Of a stretch of 55,665 nucleotides of DNA, positions 32,090-42,766 are shown one piece after another. Both the position numbers and the translations under genes were made by a program. Source of the DNA: a virus; IMG/VR virus record IMGVR_UViG_3300045988_036843, positions 1-55,665 of that record, one strand, 5' to 3'. The first letter of the stretch is position 1. Every line of letters starts with the position of its first letter. Under the pieces are notes generated by a model. The model had not been told where the DNA came from. It saw only the letters and a list, made by a program, of their open reading frames with translations, and ran no database searches.

Positions 32090-32857
32090 TTACTTCCAAC
32101 GACCAATAGCAATACAATCGTGTCCAACGCCAGCGTTGTTGGGATTGCTTTTGCTGTTGTATACTGACACATTTGCACCTGTAGTGGTTTTATCGACGAG
32201 GTTTATCGCAAGAAAATTTGTTCCGCCTACATCATGAGTTTGAAGCGACATAATCGCATAACCCGTATCCGCAAAAGGCACCGCAAAAGTGAACGTACTA
32301 TATGTTGCCGAAGAGGGATTCATCTGCCCAAAAGTGATATATCCCCAGCAAATCTGTGTCCCGTCGCCAAAGCGGACGTAGCCAGCGCCGGAGGCGACGA
32401 CGCCGTTGTCTGCGGGGCCCCTAAAACGAGTGGCACTTACTATGCCGCTTCGACAATCAATACCGACAGCAGTCTTCCCGGTATAGGTTTGGTCTGGGCA
32501 ATCTGTTGTAAAAGATACGCCTCCCCAGGATTTGATTACCAAATTAGCTAAGGCGTCTCCAGGTTGTGGGCTAGCTGAATCGGATCCGCCTAAAATCGAA
32601 CCATAGTAACTGTTTAAAAATATTAGTTCGCCGCTCATCGCCCCGCCCGTCAAATCGAGTTTTCCCGCCAGTAGCTTGTCCACAACATCCTTGCTGTAGA
32701 AAATCACGTTGCCCTCTTCGTCGAGGATGACGTCTTTGTTCGCCTTTTCGTCAAGCGCTTTGCCCACGGCAGCAGCGTCGGCGGGGGCGCCGGAGACGGT
32801 GAGGGTTTTGTCGATCACATCCACCGTGCTATTGGTGGTCATAGAACCAATTGCCAT
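32090..32857 (-). CDS. Tail fiber / receptor-binding protein
   Basis: 255 aa. SGAPADAAAVGKAL is a motif common in tail fibers. Beta-rich C-terminus. Confidence 0.55.
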   Translation of the reverse strand: MAIGSMTTNSTVDVIDKTLTVSGAPADAAAVGKALDEKANKDVILDEEGNVIFYSKDVVDKLLAGKLDLTGGAMSGELIFLNSYYGSILGGSDSASPQPGDALANLVIKSWGGVSFTTDCPDQTYTGKTAVGIDCRSGIVSATRFRGPADNGVVASGAGYVRFGDGTQICWGYITFGQMNPSSATYSTFTFAVPFADTGYAIMSLQTHDVGGTNFLAINLVDKTTTGANVSVYNSKSNPNNAGVGHDCIAIGRWK

Positions 32858-33814
32858 TCAGTTCACCTCATTCTTTGCCAGCAGGACCACCACAATGTTG
32901 ATGTCTACTGCCGGCCTGTTCTTTGCATACACGCGGATGTACCCGTCAAAGGTCTCCATCGTTGCGCTCAGGCCCGGAGCGGAGAGGGCTTCGGTGGTGT
33001 TTTCCAGTGCGGCCATACCCATTGGTACTTTTTCAACAGAAGAGTCTTCCAGCGTCAAATCGCATTGCCACTGGTTGGCCCCCACAGTGTTTTCTGCCTG
33101 TACCCACCCATTGGCAGGTACCGTCAGGCTGTAAGTGCGGGAACCTACCGCAAACACTGAGAGAGTAAACTTCACATCTCCCTCCGGCGCGTTCACCGCA
33201 TACAGACGTACGCTGCCATCCTGCGTTTCAATGATATTCGCCACCCGCGCCACAAAGGCCGTCATGGCGCTCTCCGGCAAAACCGCCGCAAAGGCGTTCC
33301 ACTTGGCGGTGCAGTCCGTGAGGGGCACGTCCACATAATAGCGGTAAATGCCGATGGGCGTTTCCAGCGCCGTCCACTCGGCCTGCGGGGCCGTCAAGGT
33401 AAAGGTGCGAGAGTACCCGCCGCCGTATCCTTTAGCATTCTGTGTTACCACTTCTTTGGCAGCTTCCGAGTAAAGCTTGGAGCTTGCTTCAGACGCAGCG
33501 GCAGCTTCTTTGCTGGCAAGAGCGCTGTCTGTGTAACCTTTGATAAGCTTCGTTGCTTCGTTGACGGCGTTTCCTGCGGCAGCTTCCGCTTTCTTGCTGT
33601 CTTCCTCCGACTTCTTTGCGGCAGCTTCCGCCTGTATACGCGCAACGTCTGCGCCTGCAACATCACTTAAAGTATTCAGCGTCTCCGCGTTCATCGGAGT
33701 GCCTTCAATCTCAGGCTCATCATTGCGAACCAGCGTGACAACTTCCGATGTGCCGTCAGATTTTCTCATCGTCCACCGGCCAGGGTACTTTGCCTTGCGG
33801 TCAACAAATACCAT
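32858..33814 (-). CDS. Tail fiber-like structural protein
   Basis: ORF track 32858..33847. ATG 33814 behind a GGAGGTGA RBS. The N-terminal VDRKAKYPGRW...TPMNAETLN is typical of phage fiber N-termini. Confidence 0.5.
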   Translation of the reverse strand: MVFVDRKAKYPGRWTMRKSDGTSEVVTLVRNDEPEIEGTPMNAETLNTLSDVAGADVARIQAEAAAKKSEEDSKKAEAAAGNAVNEATKLIKGYTDSALASKEAAAASEASSKLYSEAAKEVVTQNAKGYGGGYSRTFTLTAPQAEWTALETPIGIYRYYVDVPLTDCTAKWNAFAAVLPESAMTAFVARVANIIETQDGSVRLYAVNAPEGDVKFTLSVFAVGSRTYSLTVPANGWVQAENTVGANQWQCDLTLEDSSVEKVPMGMAALENTTEALSAPGLSATMETFDGYIRVYAKNRPAVDINIVVVLLAKNEVN

Positions 33815-34265
33815 AGTAAGGTTCACCTCCACAGATTGGCTCGTCACAGTAAAGCAAATGGTCGTTTGCGATTCGCTCTATCTTAGCCAGGATTTCTTCG
33901 ATTTCATTCATGGTCTTGTACGCCAACTTATCCATGCTGGTTGGAGTGCTTGGCAGACCACCGGGGCCGCTGCACTTGGCCCGAATGTTGGATACGTTCG
34001 ATAGCCAGCGATTTGCGTCGCTTGTGGTCATATATCCTTCCGCCGTCCAGTTCGTTTTGATGGAAACGGACGCGCCAAGTGTAGCCGCAAGTTCGGACAC
34101 ACCGCTTTCGATGCGATTGTAGTCCATGTAACTCAACGCGCCCTTCATGCCAGCTGCCCATTCTATCTGCTCTTCTTCTGTCCACGTTCCAACGTTGGCT
34201 TTATCATGCAGTTCGTTCACGCGGTCAACATCTGACTGCGTGCGGTCTGTAATCCATATTGCCAT
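33801..34265 (-). CDS. Tail-associated hypothetical protein (154 aa)
   Basis: ORF in the tail module. WITDRTQSDVDRV...DYNRIE pattern. Confidence 0.5.
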   Translation of the reverse strand: MAIWITDRTQSDVDRVNELHDKANVGTWTEEEQIEWAAGMKGALSYMDYNRIESGVSELAATLGASVSIKTNWTAEGYMTTSDANRWLSNVSNIRAKCSGPGGLPSTPTSMDKLAYKTMNEIEEILAKIERIANDHLLYCDEPICGGEPYYGIC

Positions 34266-34274
34266 AAAGCCTCC

Positions 34275-37094
34275 TTACAACATAATGCGCCCATTGGCAT
34301 CAACTTCAACGTCGTTGGGGAAGGTAAAGGCGGGAATGACATATTCCTTTTCTGTAACAATCTGAACGTCAGCAGAAATTCCGTAGGAAGTTCCTCTGGC
34401 CCAAAAAACAATGTTTCTATACGGGGTTCCACTTATCGTATAGTTTAAGTCCCAGCCATCATAGGCATTAGAAAGTTTGTAATCAAGCCTTGTTCTTGTC
34501 CAGGCAAATTTACCATTAAGGATTGTATAATAGAGAGAATCAATATTAGAAAGGCCACTGCCCTCATGTGGGACGTCAGGCGTGCTTGTATACTCGCCTA
34601 ACTCCGTCGTCGACAAAACGAAAGCTTTCCGTCGTATTGTTTTATAATGGTCATAGTGATACGCCTCATGTTCATCATCATCATAGCTAAATGTAGTGAA
34701 ATAAGTTGTAATCGCTGTATCGCCCATTTTGCTACGGATGGAATCAGAAAAGTTGGTTGGCCATGTGCCATTTACCCAACTATCAAGTTCGCTGCCATCA
34801 TAGTTATCGGAAACATCATTTCTGTCAGTATACGACTTTCCTTTATCTTCGTTCCATCTGCGAACGCTTTCAAGCCCCATCTGCAACATCAAATTGCGTC
34901 CGTTACCGTTCAAGCCGCTTTCGTAGTTGTGCTTGACAAGAGCGATGCGCACAGTTCCGTTGCCTTTTGCAAGCGTAAGAATCGTGCCTTCGGGAATAGT
35001 GTCCAGAGTAGATGCATAGGCTGTAACGGCACAGGTGAGGCGTTCTTCGGCGGATGTGACAGTAATGGTAGCGTTTCCTTTTTTAAGCCAGGTCACGCGA
35101 CAGGTCGAAGAACCGTTGCTCTTGGCTACGATATCCAGTCGAACGACGTCAGAAGGAGACGCAGACCAGTTGATTTCAGGAGCCCCGTAGTTGTTGGGTG
35201 TAAACGTTGCGGTGATATCCTGCGGGGCACCCCAACGAACGCCAAGAGCGCGTGTGCTCAAGTACAAAGAAGGGGAGTTGTTGATGACCGGGATTGATGA
35301 ACTGACAGAGCCAACGTATGCCGAAACGGTAGCGTTTCCCTTGCGGTTATACTTGACCTCACAGGTGGATTTGCCGGATTCGTTTGTAAGAACACGAAGC
35401 GTGACGATTCCTTCCGGCGAAGCACGCCAGCTGACAGTAGGCAAGTCGGGGTCATAAGGCAGAAGTTCTGCGGTCAACACCTTTGACTCATTGTAAATCA
35501 ACGACAGAGAAGACGGAGACAAAGACACGGACGAAACGTCTGCCAGGACATAGCCGGAAAGCGTGCCTTTGAAGCAACCCGTATACTGGTATTTGCTTTC
35601 CGTTACGAAAACGCTGGATGCGTAGCCAAAGTTGTGATTGAATTTTACATGGTCAAACGCATCGATGTGCGGACTGGCGCGATACTCAAGCTCGACCTTT
35701 TTGCGGTTTGCCAGCATAGCATAAGCTTCGGTGATGGAGTTTTTGCTCTTAACAAGCATTGCTTCGGTCAGAAGTTCATTGCTGACAGTCTGCGTAACAC
35801 CTTCCGCGTTGGAGCCTTCCGGGTACAGATGCTCTTTGCCATTGACGTTGCAAGACACATTCTTGACGCGGGACGCAAAGGAGATTTCGGGCCACTGGAA
35901 GTTATTGATAACAGGAATCTCATAAACTTCTGTACCTTCTTCTGCGGTCAAGTTGACTCGTTCGATACGAATGTGACCATCTCGCGTCTGGTACAAAGCC
36001 ATACCCGCTGCGTTTGCGGCCAATTGTAAGATGTCTGAATTTTTGTACGAAGTTTTTTCGGAAGAAATGTCGGTGCTGTATTCTTTTAGCTCTTCGGAAA
36101 TGTAGAACGAAGGAACGTTGGAGGGCAACGTCTCTAGTGCGTCGTAGCACATCTGATAGAGCGTGCCCGTCTTTCGACCCGTGTAGTTTGAGGTCATCAT
36201 GAACTCAAGAGCATCACGAGCCGTGAAAGACGCTTCCAAACCATTAGAAGGAACGCTCCATTCCGAAAGATAGAATTTGCCGCCATTAATCCATTGCGTT
36301 TCTCCATCCACGTCCATGCCGTAACGGACGTCCACTTCCTGTCGTTCATACAGATATCGGAACATACCGCGAGGGTTGATAGCATCCCACGTTTTTTGGC
36401 TGTTGTCCAAAGAAAATTCGATGCTGTCTTTCGGTAGCTGCGCCGAGATCGGGTCTCGGCTGGATGTGTGCGTGTACGAAACAAGGTCTTTTTTGTTATA
36501 CACCTCGTGAAAGCCGACCATGATCCATTCAATGCGAGCACGACGATTTGGAATGCTCCATTCCAGAATGTCAATGGCAATGGAGTCGTAGCCGTAAATT
36601 TCCCATTCGGTCTCAGAATAAACGCTTTTGTTATTTGATACAGTGATGGTACTCACAACGGCGGTTCCCTTATAGGTCGTGAGCTTGAATTTAGTTGCCC
36701 ATTCGTTCATCATGGACGACCAAACAATTGTCAAACCGGGAACGGCACGTGTGTGCACGCTGCCAAACGAAAGGATAATGCGCGGGTGGTTGGAATCGCT
36801 CACGAGCGTCTGACTGATAAAACCAGCATCCGCATAGGGGACAGAATCCGGCAACAATCTGAAACTACCGTCCAGAACGTGCAGATTTGTTTCCCCTGTT
36901 GCATATTTCGTCAATGCACGGTCAAGTTCCTTCGTGGTATTTTCGATATTACCAAAAGGAACCTGCGCAGTTGCGCTTGCGGTGGCGTCCTCTTGAACGC
37001 CAGGTTCGGTGCTATCGTAAGAAATCTCAACAAACTCTTCCGGCACAAGCGTGTCATTGAACTTGTTAAGCCATGCTTGAGATGGATGTTCCAT
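34275..37094 (-). CDS. Large tail/baseplate protein with Big_2 (Ig-like) domains
   Basis: 939 aa. Tandem Ig-like repeats (SWRASPEGIVTL...GNATVSA; NWSASPSDVVRL...GNATITV). Confidence 0.6.
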   Translation of the reverse strand: MEHPSQAWLNKFNDTLVPEEFVEISYDSTEPGVQEDATASATAQVPFGNIENTTKELDRALTKYATGETNLHVLDGSFRLLPDSVPYADAGFISQTLVSDSNHPRIILSFGSVHTRAVPGLTIVWSSMMNEWATKFKLTTYKGTAVVSTITVSNNKSVYSETEWEIYGYDSIAIDILEWSIPNRRARIEWIMVGFHEVYNKKDLVSYTHTSSRDPISAQLPKDSIEFSLDNSQKTWDAINPRGMFRYLYERQEVDVRYGMDVDGETQWINGGKFYLSEWSVPSNGLEASFTARDALEFMMTSNYTGRKTGTLYQMCYDALETLPSNVPSFYISEELKEYSTDISSEKTSYKNSDILQLAANAAGMALYQTRDGHIRIERVNLTAEEGTEVYEIPVINNFQWPEISFASRVKNVSCNVNGKEHLYPEGSNAEGVTQTVSNELLTEAMLVKSKNSITEAYAMLANRKKVELEYRASPHIDAFDHVKFNHNFGYASSVFVTESKYQYTGCFKGTLSGYVLADVSSVSLSPSSLSLIYNESKVLTAELLPYDPDLPTVSWRASPEGIVTLRVLTNESGKSTCEVKYNRKGNATVSAYVGSVSSSIPVINNSPSLYLSTRALGVRWGAPQDITATFTPNNYGAPEINWSASPSDVVRLDIVAKSNGSSTCRVTWLKKGNATITVTSAEERLTCAVTAYASTLDTIPEGTILTLAKGNGTVRIALVKHNYESGLNGNGRNLMLQMGLESVRRWNEDKGKSYTDRNDVSDNYDGSELDSWVNGTWPTNFSDSIRSKMGDTAITTYFTTFSYDDDEHEAYHYDHYKTIRRKAFVLSTTELGEYTSTPDVPHEGSGLSNIDSLYYTILNGKFAWTRTRLDYKLSNAYDGWDLNYTISGTPYRNIVFWARGTSYGISADVQIVTEKEYVIPAFTFPNDVEVDANGRIML

Positions 37095-37097
37095 ACG

Positions 37098-37472
37098 TCA
37101 GACCTCCACAAGCGCAAGTGCGCAATTAGTCCAGCCCATTATCTTGCCGGTTTTAGGCCCTCTACGCCACATACCAGCCGTTCGGTCGGAAACGTACATC
37201 TGACGCGTTTCATACGCGTTAGTAGCTTGATTCAAAAACCGAACGGAGCAATAAAACTTGGTAGTAAATGGGCCAATGGCAGCGGCCCATTGTTCGGCGG
37301 TAAGGTAGTTCCATTTCACGGAAACTTTCGCCACGTCATGCCGAACAACGGAGCCGACCACCTTACCCTGCACATTACGGCCAGAGTCAACGATCGTGCT
37401 GGTCGTCGCTTCATAAGAAGACGGCTCCGGCATTTCTCTGCCGTCAATCGTAATGAGCGCCGGAATTGCCAA
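37098..37472 (-). CDS. Distal tail protein-like
   Basis: 124 aa, immediately downstream of the tape measure gene. Confidence 0.45.
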   Translation of the reverse strand: MAIPALITIDGREMPEPSSYEATTSTIVDSGRNVQGKVVGSVVRHDVAKVSVKWNYLTAEQWAAAIGPFTTKFYCSVRFLNQATNAYETRQMYVSDRTAGMWRRGPKTGKIMGWTNCALALVEV

Positions 37473-37486
37473 AGTGAGCCACCTCC

Positions 37487-40400
37487 TTAATAACTGTATG
37501 CTTCGTTGCCCATGATGGTGCGTCCACGGTCACTCTGCGTCTTTTCGACTGCGGCAGTGACCTGCTTGCCATCAATAAACAGCTTGATGATATTGTTCTT
37601 ATCTTCTTTGCCGTAGCGCTGCTTATAATCTAACAGTGCGTTATAAGCGCCGTTGTACACAGCTTCTTTGATTTCCGATGCGCTGAGTTGCTGTGTTGCG
37701 CTTGCAGTGTAGCTGCTCTGGACACCACTGTTAGCATCGTTGTACTGAGAGGTGCCAGGAACGTTGCTATAGTCAATCTGGCTCAAGTCGGATTCATCGT
37801 AGCCAGTAGAGCCATAGGAGCTACTGGAAGAGCTCTTTTTGCCGCCCATTCCACCAACGATGCTGGCAATGGAAACAGCCAGGACAGCCGCAGCGCCCAG
37901 GGCAACCAGTCCGGCGGGAATGCCGAAAATGGTGGCAGACAAAGCCGCGCCAATGGCGTGAAGCATCGCCACAAACGATGCGCCGATGGTAGAAATCAGA
38001 GTGCCCATAGACGCATAGATGGTCGGGAAAGCACTTGCGAGACCGCCAGAAAGAGCCGCGCTAATTGCCGTAGCGACAGATTTCAACGGCCCTCTCACAG
38101 CCTGGAACGTTGAGCTGAGGGAACCGCCAAGCTGTTTGGTCTTCTGCAAAATCTCGCCGAATTTTGAGGTAATGCCGTTCAGAAGCTCGCCGCCAATTTG
38201 ATACGCCTGTGCGGACAACGTAGACAACGCATTGGTCAGTTGCGTGCTCAAGTCGGTAATCATGTTGGTTGCGATCGTCTTGATTTGAGTGCGCTGCTCT
38301 TCGCCCATTGCGTGCCACAACACGGCAGCAATCGTCGTGCCAATGGTCTTCACATCGCCACTCTGAGCGGCTTCCAAAAGGTTCTGAATAGTACCAAAGA
38401 AATCGTTCTGCAAATTGGTATCGAGCTGCTGCCAAGTGCTAGTGAGAGTCTGGTCAAGGCTGTTCACAAAGCCAATACCAGTCTGCTTGCCCTGTTCGAT
38501 GAACTGGTTTCCAGCATTGGTCACACCATTGATAAGGCCCTGCATGGCCTCATCAACATAGCCTTGAGCAGCGGCGATACCGTTTGCAAGGCCCTGGTCG
38601 ATGTAGATGCCGAACTGTTCAAAGAGCTTGGAAGGAGAGTGGATTTCGGTTTCAGTAGTAAACTTATCAATGATGGCTTTTGCAAGACCGCTAACAGTTT
38701 TCTTCGCATTTTCGATGCCTTGATTGATTCCGTTAATCAACCCTTGGACAATATTCTTGCCGAAATCAAGCATTTTCTTAGGAATTGCAGCAACCGTCTG
38801 AACCATGCTGTCCCAAGATTTATCCCAATTTTCCTTAAAGCCAGTCCACTTTTGGTTCCACCACTCGCCAACGCCAACGAACCATTGCTTCAAATCGGCG
38901 CTTGCTTGATCTAATCCATCTTTTGCAGAACTGACAGCATTTTTTAAGCTATCCCAAGATTTGCCAAAGTTTTCTTTAAATCCTTCCCACTTTTGGTTCC
39001 ACCACTCGTTAAGCGCTTTAAGCTTTTCGTTGAACGTGTATCGGAAAATCTCAAAAGTAGAATCAATCCCTTGTTCTGCCATGTTGATTTCATTATCCGA
39101 AAAGCCGAGATTCTTTAAGCGATAATGAATCGCAAGGGTTGTATAACCGGCATCTTCGTAACGCTTGATATAATCTTCAACGTCTTTGATGCGGTCTTTT
39201 TCGCCAAAGGTAATGCCAAGCTGCTCCAAAACAACGCCAACGCCAACACCAAGAATAAGCGCTGCGCCAGCAATCGGAGCGGAAGCGCCAGCAGCCAAAG
39301 CGAGCGTAACACCAGCGAGACCGCCAGCAGCGGCAGTTAATGCGGTCAATAAGGCATCAATGGAATCACCCGGTTTAATGGAGCCGCCTTTTGTGCCACC
39401 ATAAGTGATGGCAGACAAGGCGAGAACAGCGCCAACGGAAAGACCGAGCGAGAATCCTGTAGCAGTTTTGGTAAATACCGCACCAGCGATTCCAGTTGTT
39501 ACGGCGGCGCTAATGCCTTGAATCCAAACGGATGCGTCGGTAGCTTTTACAACGCCTTCAGACAAGTTTGTCTTGATGGACTCAAGCTGTACGACTGCGT
39601 TTACAATAAGAGCAAGAGATGCGCCTTCCGGCCCCAACAAAGCATATCCGCCAATCGCTGCGGCTGCGGCGGTGAGCCATTCGCCAAACAATTTTGTCGT
39701 GTCGCCGGTTTTCAGGAAACTATCGGAGAGCTTTTGTGTAATGGCCCACTCCACAACAAGAATGGCAATCATGGCGGCGGCTTTTTGAATGCCGTTCATG
39801 CCTTTGATAACTTCACCAATTTGTTTGATGAATTTTCCAAGCTCCCAAAGAGCAAATGCAGCCGCAATAGATTCAATCAGAGGAAGCATACTTTTGATTT
39901 TTTGCTTCATCTCATCAATAGATGTGCCAACATAGTTCTTGAACATATCGTAGCCGGACAAGTCTACATCGCCCAAGATGTTGCCAGCAGATGCACCGCC
40001 GCCAGAGCCGGAGCTTCCCTGCGTTGGGTCAATGATGTTCAGTTCATCAAAACCCATCGTATAGTCCTTGAGGGCTTTGGCAGCTTTCTTTGTCGAATCT
40101 GCCGTGTCATCCATTGCATCACCGATGCCGCCAACACTGTCAGCGCTCTTGGTGAAATCAGTAAACACAACCTTTACACCCATCAGCTTTGCCACCCACT
40201 CAACAAATTCTCGAATGAGCTGTACGGCGGCAATCAGCGGGGGAAGAATGGATTTCATGGCAGGGTAGAGCAGAGAGCCAACAGACTTCGCCAGCATATC
40301 CAACTGAGCTTTCAGAATCTTAATCTGATTTGCAGGGCTCTGGATAGTCTGTGCGAGGTTGCCCTGCACGTTGGCAGTCTGCTTCATAATGGCAATGTAG

Positions 40401-41482
40401 CGCAGAACCGCCTTATCTGCCTGAGACAGACTAGAAACCTGCTTGTTAAAGCCCAAGGCAAGAAGCTCCTGCTGTAACCGTGCCTGAGACAGGTCGACGC
40501 CCAAACGGCGGATAGGCTCAATCTCGCCAGAGATTGCGGAGGACATTGCTGTAAAGGTCTCTGCAACGTCCTTATTCCAATAGGAACCTTCGTCATAGGC
40601 AAGCTGAGTCAGGTTCTTGGACAGAATGTATGCTTTGTCGCTGGTCAGACCAAACGAAGTACCCAAGCTCTGGATGGTAGCCATGTAGGTCATCGCTTTG
40701 GTCGGGTCAACGCCAAGCAAGCCCTGCATCTTACGAATGAGCGTATCGGCTTCACCGCTCAAATTGCCCATAGCATTATGAAACAGGTCTGTTGCTTCAT
40801 AGAAGTCGTTAAACTTTGCAACAGCGTTACCAAGATACTCAGCAATGGCTTTCAGCGAAACCAGCTTTGCCATGTTCCGCATAAAGCCGTTCATCTGATT
40901 GGACAGACTGAGATAGCTCTTGCGCTGCTTTTCGTTGGCAGCGGTCACACGGTTAGCCTGTGTAACCACCTTGCTCAACTGCGGAGGGAGCTTCGCAAAA
41001 GCGTTTCCTACCTTATCCAGTTGAGATGCAAGGGGAGTGAGCGAGGTGGAGATGCTATCACAAGCAGTCTTGAACTTATTAAGCGTGTCTGCATCCAACT
41101 TATCATTGATAGATGGGATTTTAGCAATAGCGTTCATTGCACTGCCAACCGCTTTTAATCCAGAAGCATCAAGGTTCTGCAAGGGCCGTAATTCGCTTTT
41201 CAACGATTCCAGCTTTGCGCTTAAACCAGTAAAATCAATTCCAGAAACATCAATGTTTGACATCTTTTCGATGTTCTTAAAAATAGAACCAATGCCTTTG
41301 GATGCAGACTTCAGCCCAGCGATAGAACCAGCTAGTTTATCAAGGCCATCGCAGACGGCAGAAACATTGCCCTTAGAACGAAGATTGGCGATAGCGTTAG
41401 CCAATTTATTGATGTTAAGCTCTGCGCCCTGCGATTCCGCAGAAATCTCTACGGATAAGCTCGTAATATCAACATCAGCCAT
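37487..41482 (-). CDS. Tail tape measure protein
   Basis: ORF track 37487..41497. ATG 41482 overlaps the chaperone stop. 1331 aa, helical and Ala/Gly-rich with TM-like central segments. Confidence 0.85.
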   Translation of the reverse strand: MADVDITSLSVEISAESQGAELNINKLANAIANLRSKGNVSAVCDGLDKLAGSIAGLKSASKGIGSIFKNIEKMSNIDVSGIDFTGLSAKLESLKSELRPLQNLDASGLKAVGSAMNAIAKIPSINDKLDADTLNKFKTACDSISTSLTPLASQLDKVGNAFAKLPPQLSKVVTQANRVTAANEKQRKSYLSLSNQMNGFMRNMAKLVSLKAIAEYLGNAVAKFNDFYEATDLFHNAMGNLSGEADTLIRKMQGLLGVDPTKAMTYMATIQSLGTSFGLTSDKAYILSKNLTQLAYDEGSYWNKDVAETFTAMSSAISGEIEPIRRLGVDLSQARLQQELLALGFNKQVSSLSQADKAVLRYIAIMKQTANVQGNLAQTIQSPANQIKILKAQLDMLAKSVGSLLYPAMKSILPPLIAAVQLIREFVEWVAKLMGVKVVFTDFTKSADSVGGIGDAMDDTADSTKKAAKALKDYTMGFDELNIIDPTQGSSGSGGGASAGNILGDVDLSGYDMFKNYVGTSIDEMKQKIKSMLPLIESIAAAFALWELGKFIKQIGEVIKGMNGIQKAAAMIAILVVEWAITQKLSDSFLKTGDTTKLFGEWLTAAAAAIGGYALLGPEGASLALIVNAVVQLESIKTNLSEGVVKATDASVWIQGISAAVTTGIAGAVFTKTATGFSLGLSVGAVLALSAITYGGTKGGSIKPGDSIDALLTALTAAAGGLAGVTLALAAGASAPIAGAALILGVGVGVVLEQLGITFGEKDRIKDVEDYIKRYEDAGYTTLAIHYRLKNLGFSDNEINMAEQGIDSTFEIFRYTFNEKLKALNEWWNQKWEGFKENFGKSWDSLKNAVSSAKDGLDQASADLKQWFVGVGEWWNQKWTGFKENWDKSWDSMVQTVAAIPKKMLDFGKNIVQGLINGINQGIENAKKTVSGLAKAIIDKFTTETEIHSPSKLFEQFGIYIDQGLANGIAAAQGYVDEAMQGLINGVTNAGNQFIEQGKQTGIGFVNSLDQTLTSTWQQLDTNLQNDFFGTIQNLLEAAQSGDVKTIGTTIAAVLWHAMGEEQRTQIKTIATNMITDLSTQLTNALSTLSAQAYQIGGELLNGITSKFGEILQKTKQLGGSLSSTFQAVRGPLKSVATAISAALSGGLASAFPTIYASMGTLISTIGASFVAMLHAIGAALSATIFGIPAGLVALGAAAVLAVSIASIVGGMGGKKSSSSSSYGSTGYDESDLSQIDYSNVPGTSQYNDANSGVQSSYTASATQQLSASEIKEAVYNGAYNALLDYKQRYGKEDKNNIIKLFIDGKQVTAAVEKTQSDRGRTIMGNEAYSY

Positions 41483-41897
41483 CACTACCACCATCACTTT
41501 CCATCATAGAGAACATCATTCTCTTGATTCGCTCCTGCGCCTCAACTGCGCGTTGGTATTCATACTCGTCTTTCTCCTTTTGGGTAAGGGGAATCGGTCT
41601 ATCCATGTACTTGATGGGGCTAGACCCTTTCTTTCGGAACATATTGCCAACCGTAGAGGAAAGTGCAGATGCCATGTAAAAGCCGTTTCTCCACGCTTCT
41701 GCATTGGCTCTGCGTTCCCGCAGCTCCTCTGCGTCACGGTAAACTTTCGCCAGCCAGACATCGCCGTACCAAAACTGGTCGTAGGTCATGCCGATGGAGA
41801 TGTAATAGGCTTCTACATCGTGGAACAGCTTAGAGAAGGAGAATGGCTCTCCCTCTCCGTCTGTTTCCTGAGATTGTGCAGTTACACAATCTCCCAC
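41475..41897 (-). CDS. Tail assembly chaperone, -1 frame extension (gpT-like)
   Basis: The frame is open from just downstream of the slippery site. It would be expressed as a fusion with 41882..42229. Confidence 0.6.
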   Translation of the reverse strand: MGDCVTAQSQETDGEGEPFSFSKLFHDVEAYYISIGMTYDQFWYGDVWLAKVYRDAEELRERRANAEAWRNGFYMASALSSTVGNMFRKKGSSPIKYMDRPIPLTQKEKDEYEYQRAVEAQERIKRMMFSMMESDGGSDG

Positions 41898-42229
41898 GTT
41901 GCGTTTTTTGCGGTCTTGTCCTCAGTGTCAGTTGCCAACAGAGACTTGGAAGCATCCATGAACATCTCAAGCAGAATGCCCATCAGGTCTTCCTTCTCCT
42001 CGATGTGCTGGAACATCTCGTCAGTGACCTTGCGCCTGATGCCCTTGTTCCGAGCAATGAAAGCGCCGTAGAACAGGGCACGAGAGTTGGACAGCAGATT
42101 GGTCATCTGGGTGTACTGGCCAATCTGAAAACCTGCACGCTCAGCAGCTTCCACGCTGTCACGGGTGAAAGTCAGCTCATAAGTGTTCTTGCCATCGGGG
42201 GAATGAAAGTTGATAACCTTAGCAGCCAT
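41882..42229 (-). CDS. Tail assembly chaperone (gpG-like)
   Basis: 115 aa, between the major tail and tape measure genes. Confidence 0.65.
   Translation of the reverse strand: MAAKVINFHSPDGKNTYELTFTRDSVEAAERAGFQIGQYTQMTNLLSNSRALFYGAFIARNKGIRRKVTDEMFQHIEEKEDLMGILLEMFMDASKSLLATDTEDKTAKNATWEIV
41903..41909 (-). promoter_or_regulatory. Programmed -1 frameshift slippery heptamer A AAA AAC
   Basis: Minus-strand GCA AAA AAC lies 6 codons before the chaperone stop. A -1 slip reads AKKRNVGDCVTAQ..., which is the 41475..41897 frame. Confidence 0.65.
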
Positions 42230-42313
42230 AATAAATGCTCTCCTTTATAAATAGGGGCAGAACCAAATCCGATGTTCAGTTCTGCCCAGTTTGATTGATT
42301 CGATTTTTGCGGT

Positions 42314-42751
42314 TTAGCCGCCATTGACAGTCAGGGCCTCGCTGAACTCAGGCTTCTTGGTGAAGATGCAGTTGATGGTCATTTCCACAACCTCGTCCAC
42401 GCCAAAGCCGGACAGGCCAACCTGATGCATACCCTGCCAAGTGAAGCCGGAGCCGTCCTGCATCTTCAGGGCGTAATACTTCACGGTGTTGCTCTCGGAA
42501 GTCTCATCATAGCCAGCCTCCTTGACCTTCTTGTAGTCAGTCTTGTTGTAGTTGGCAGTAAAGGACTTGGTGTCACTCTGGATAATGCCAAAGATGTTGA
42601 CCTGCATAGGGTCAGACAGAGTAGTGGCATCCAGAAGGTTAGGTTCGGAGATTAGGTCGGGTACATCCTTGATGTCGCACAGCTTCGTCAGAGCGGTTGC
42701 GCTGTCGCCACAATACAGGGTGGTATTCAGACCGGAGATAGCAGTACTCAT
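42314..42751 (-). CDS. Major tail (tube) protein
   Basis: 145 aa. Assigned from its position upstream of the chaperones and its beta-rich sequence. Confidence 0.6.
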   Translation of the reverse strand: MSTAISGLNTTLYCGDSATALTKLCDIKDVPDLISEPNLLDATTLSDPMQVNIFGIIQSDTKSFTANYNKTDYKKVKEAGYDETSESNTVKYYALKMQDGSGFTWQGMHQVGLSGFGVDEVVEMTINCIFTKKPEFSEALTVNGG

Positions 42752-42766
42752 AGAATGTTTACCTCC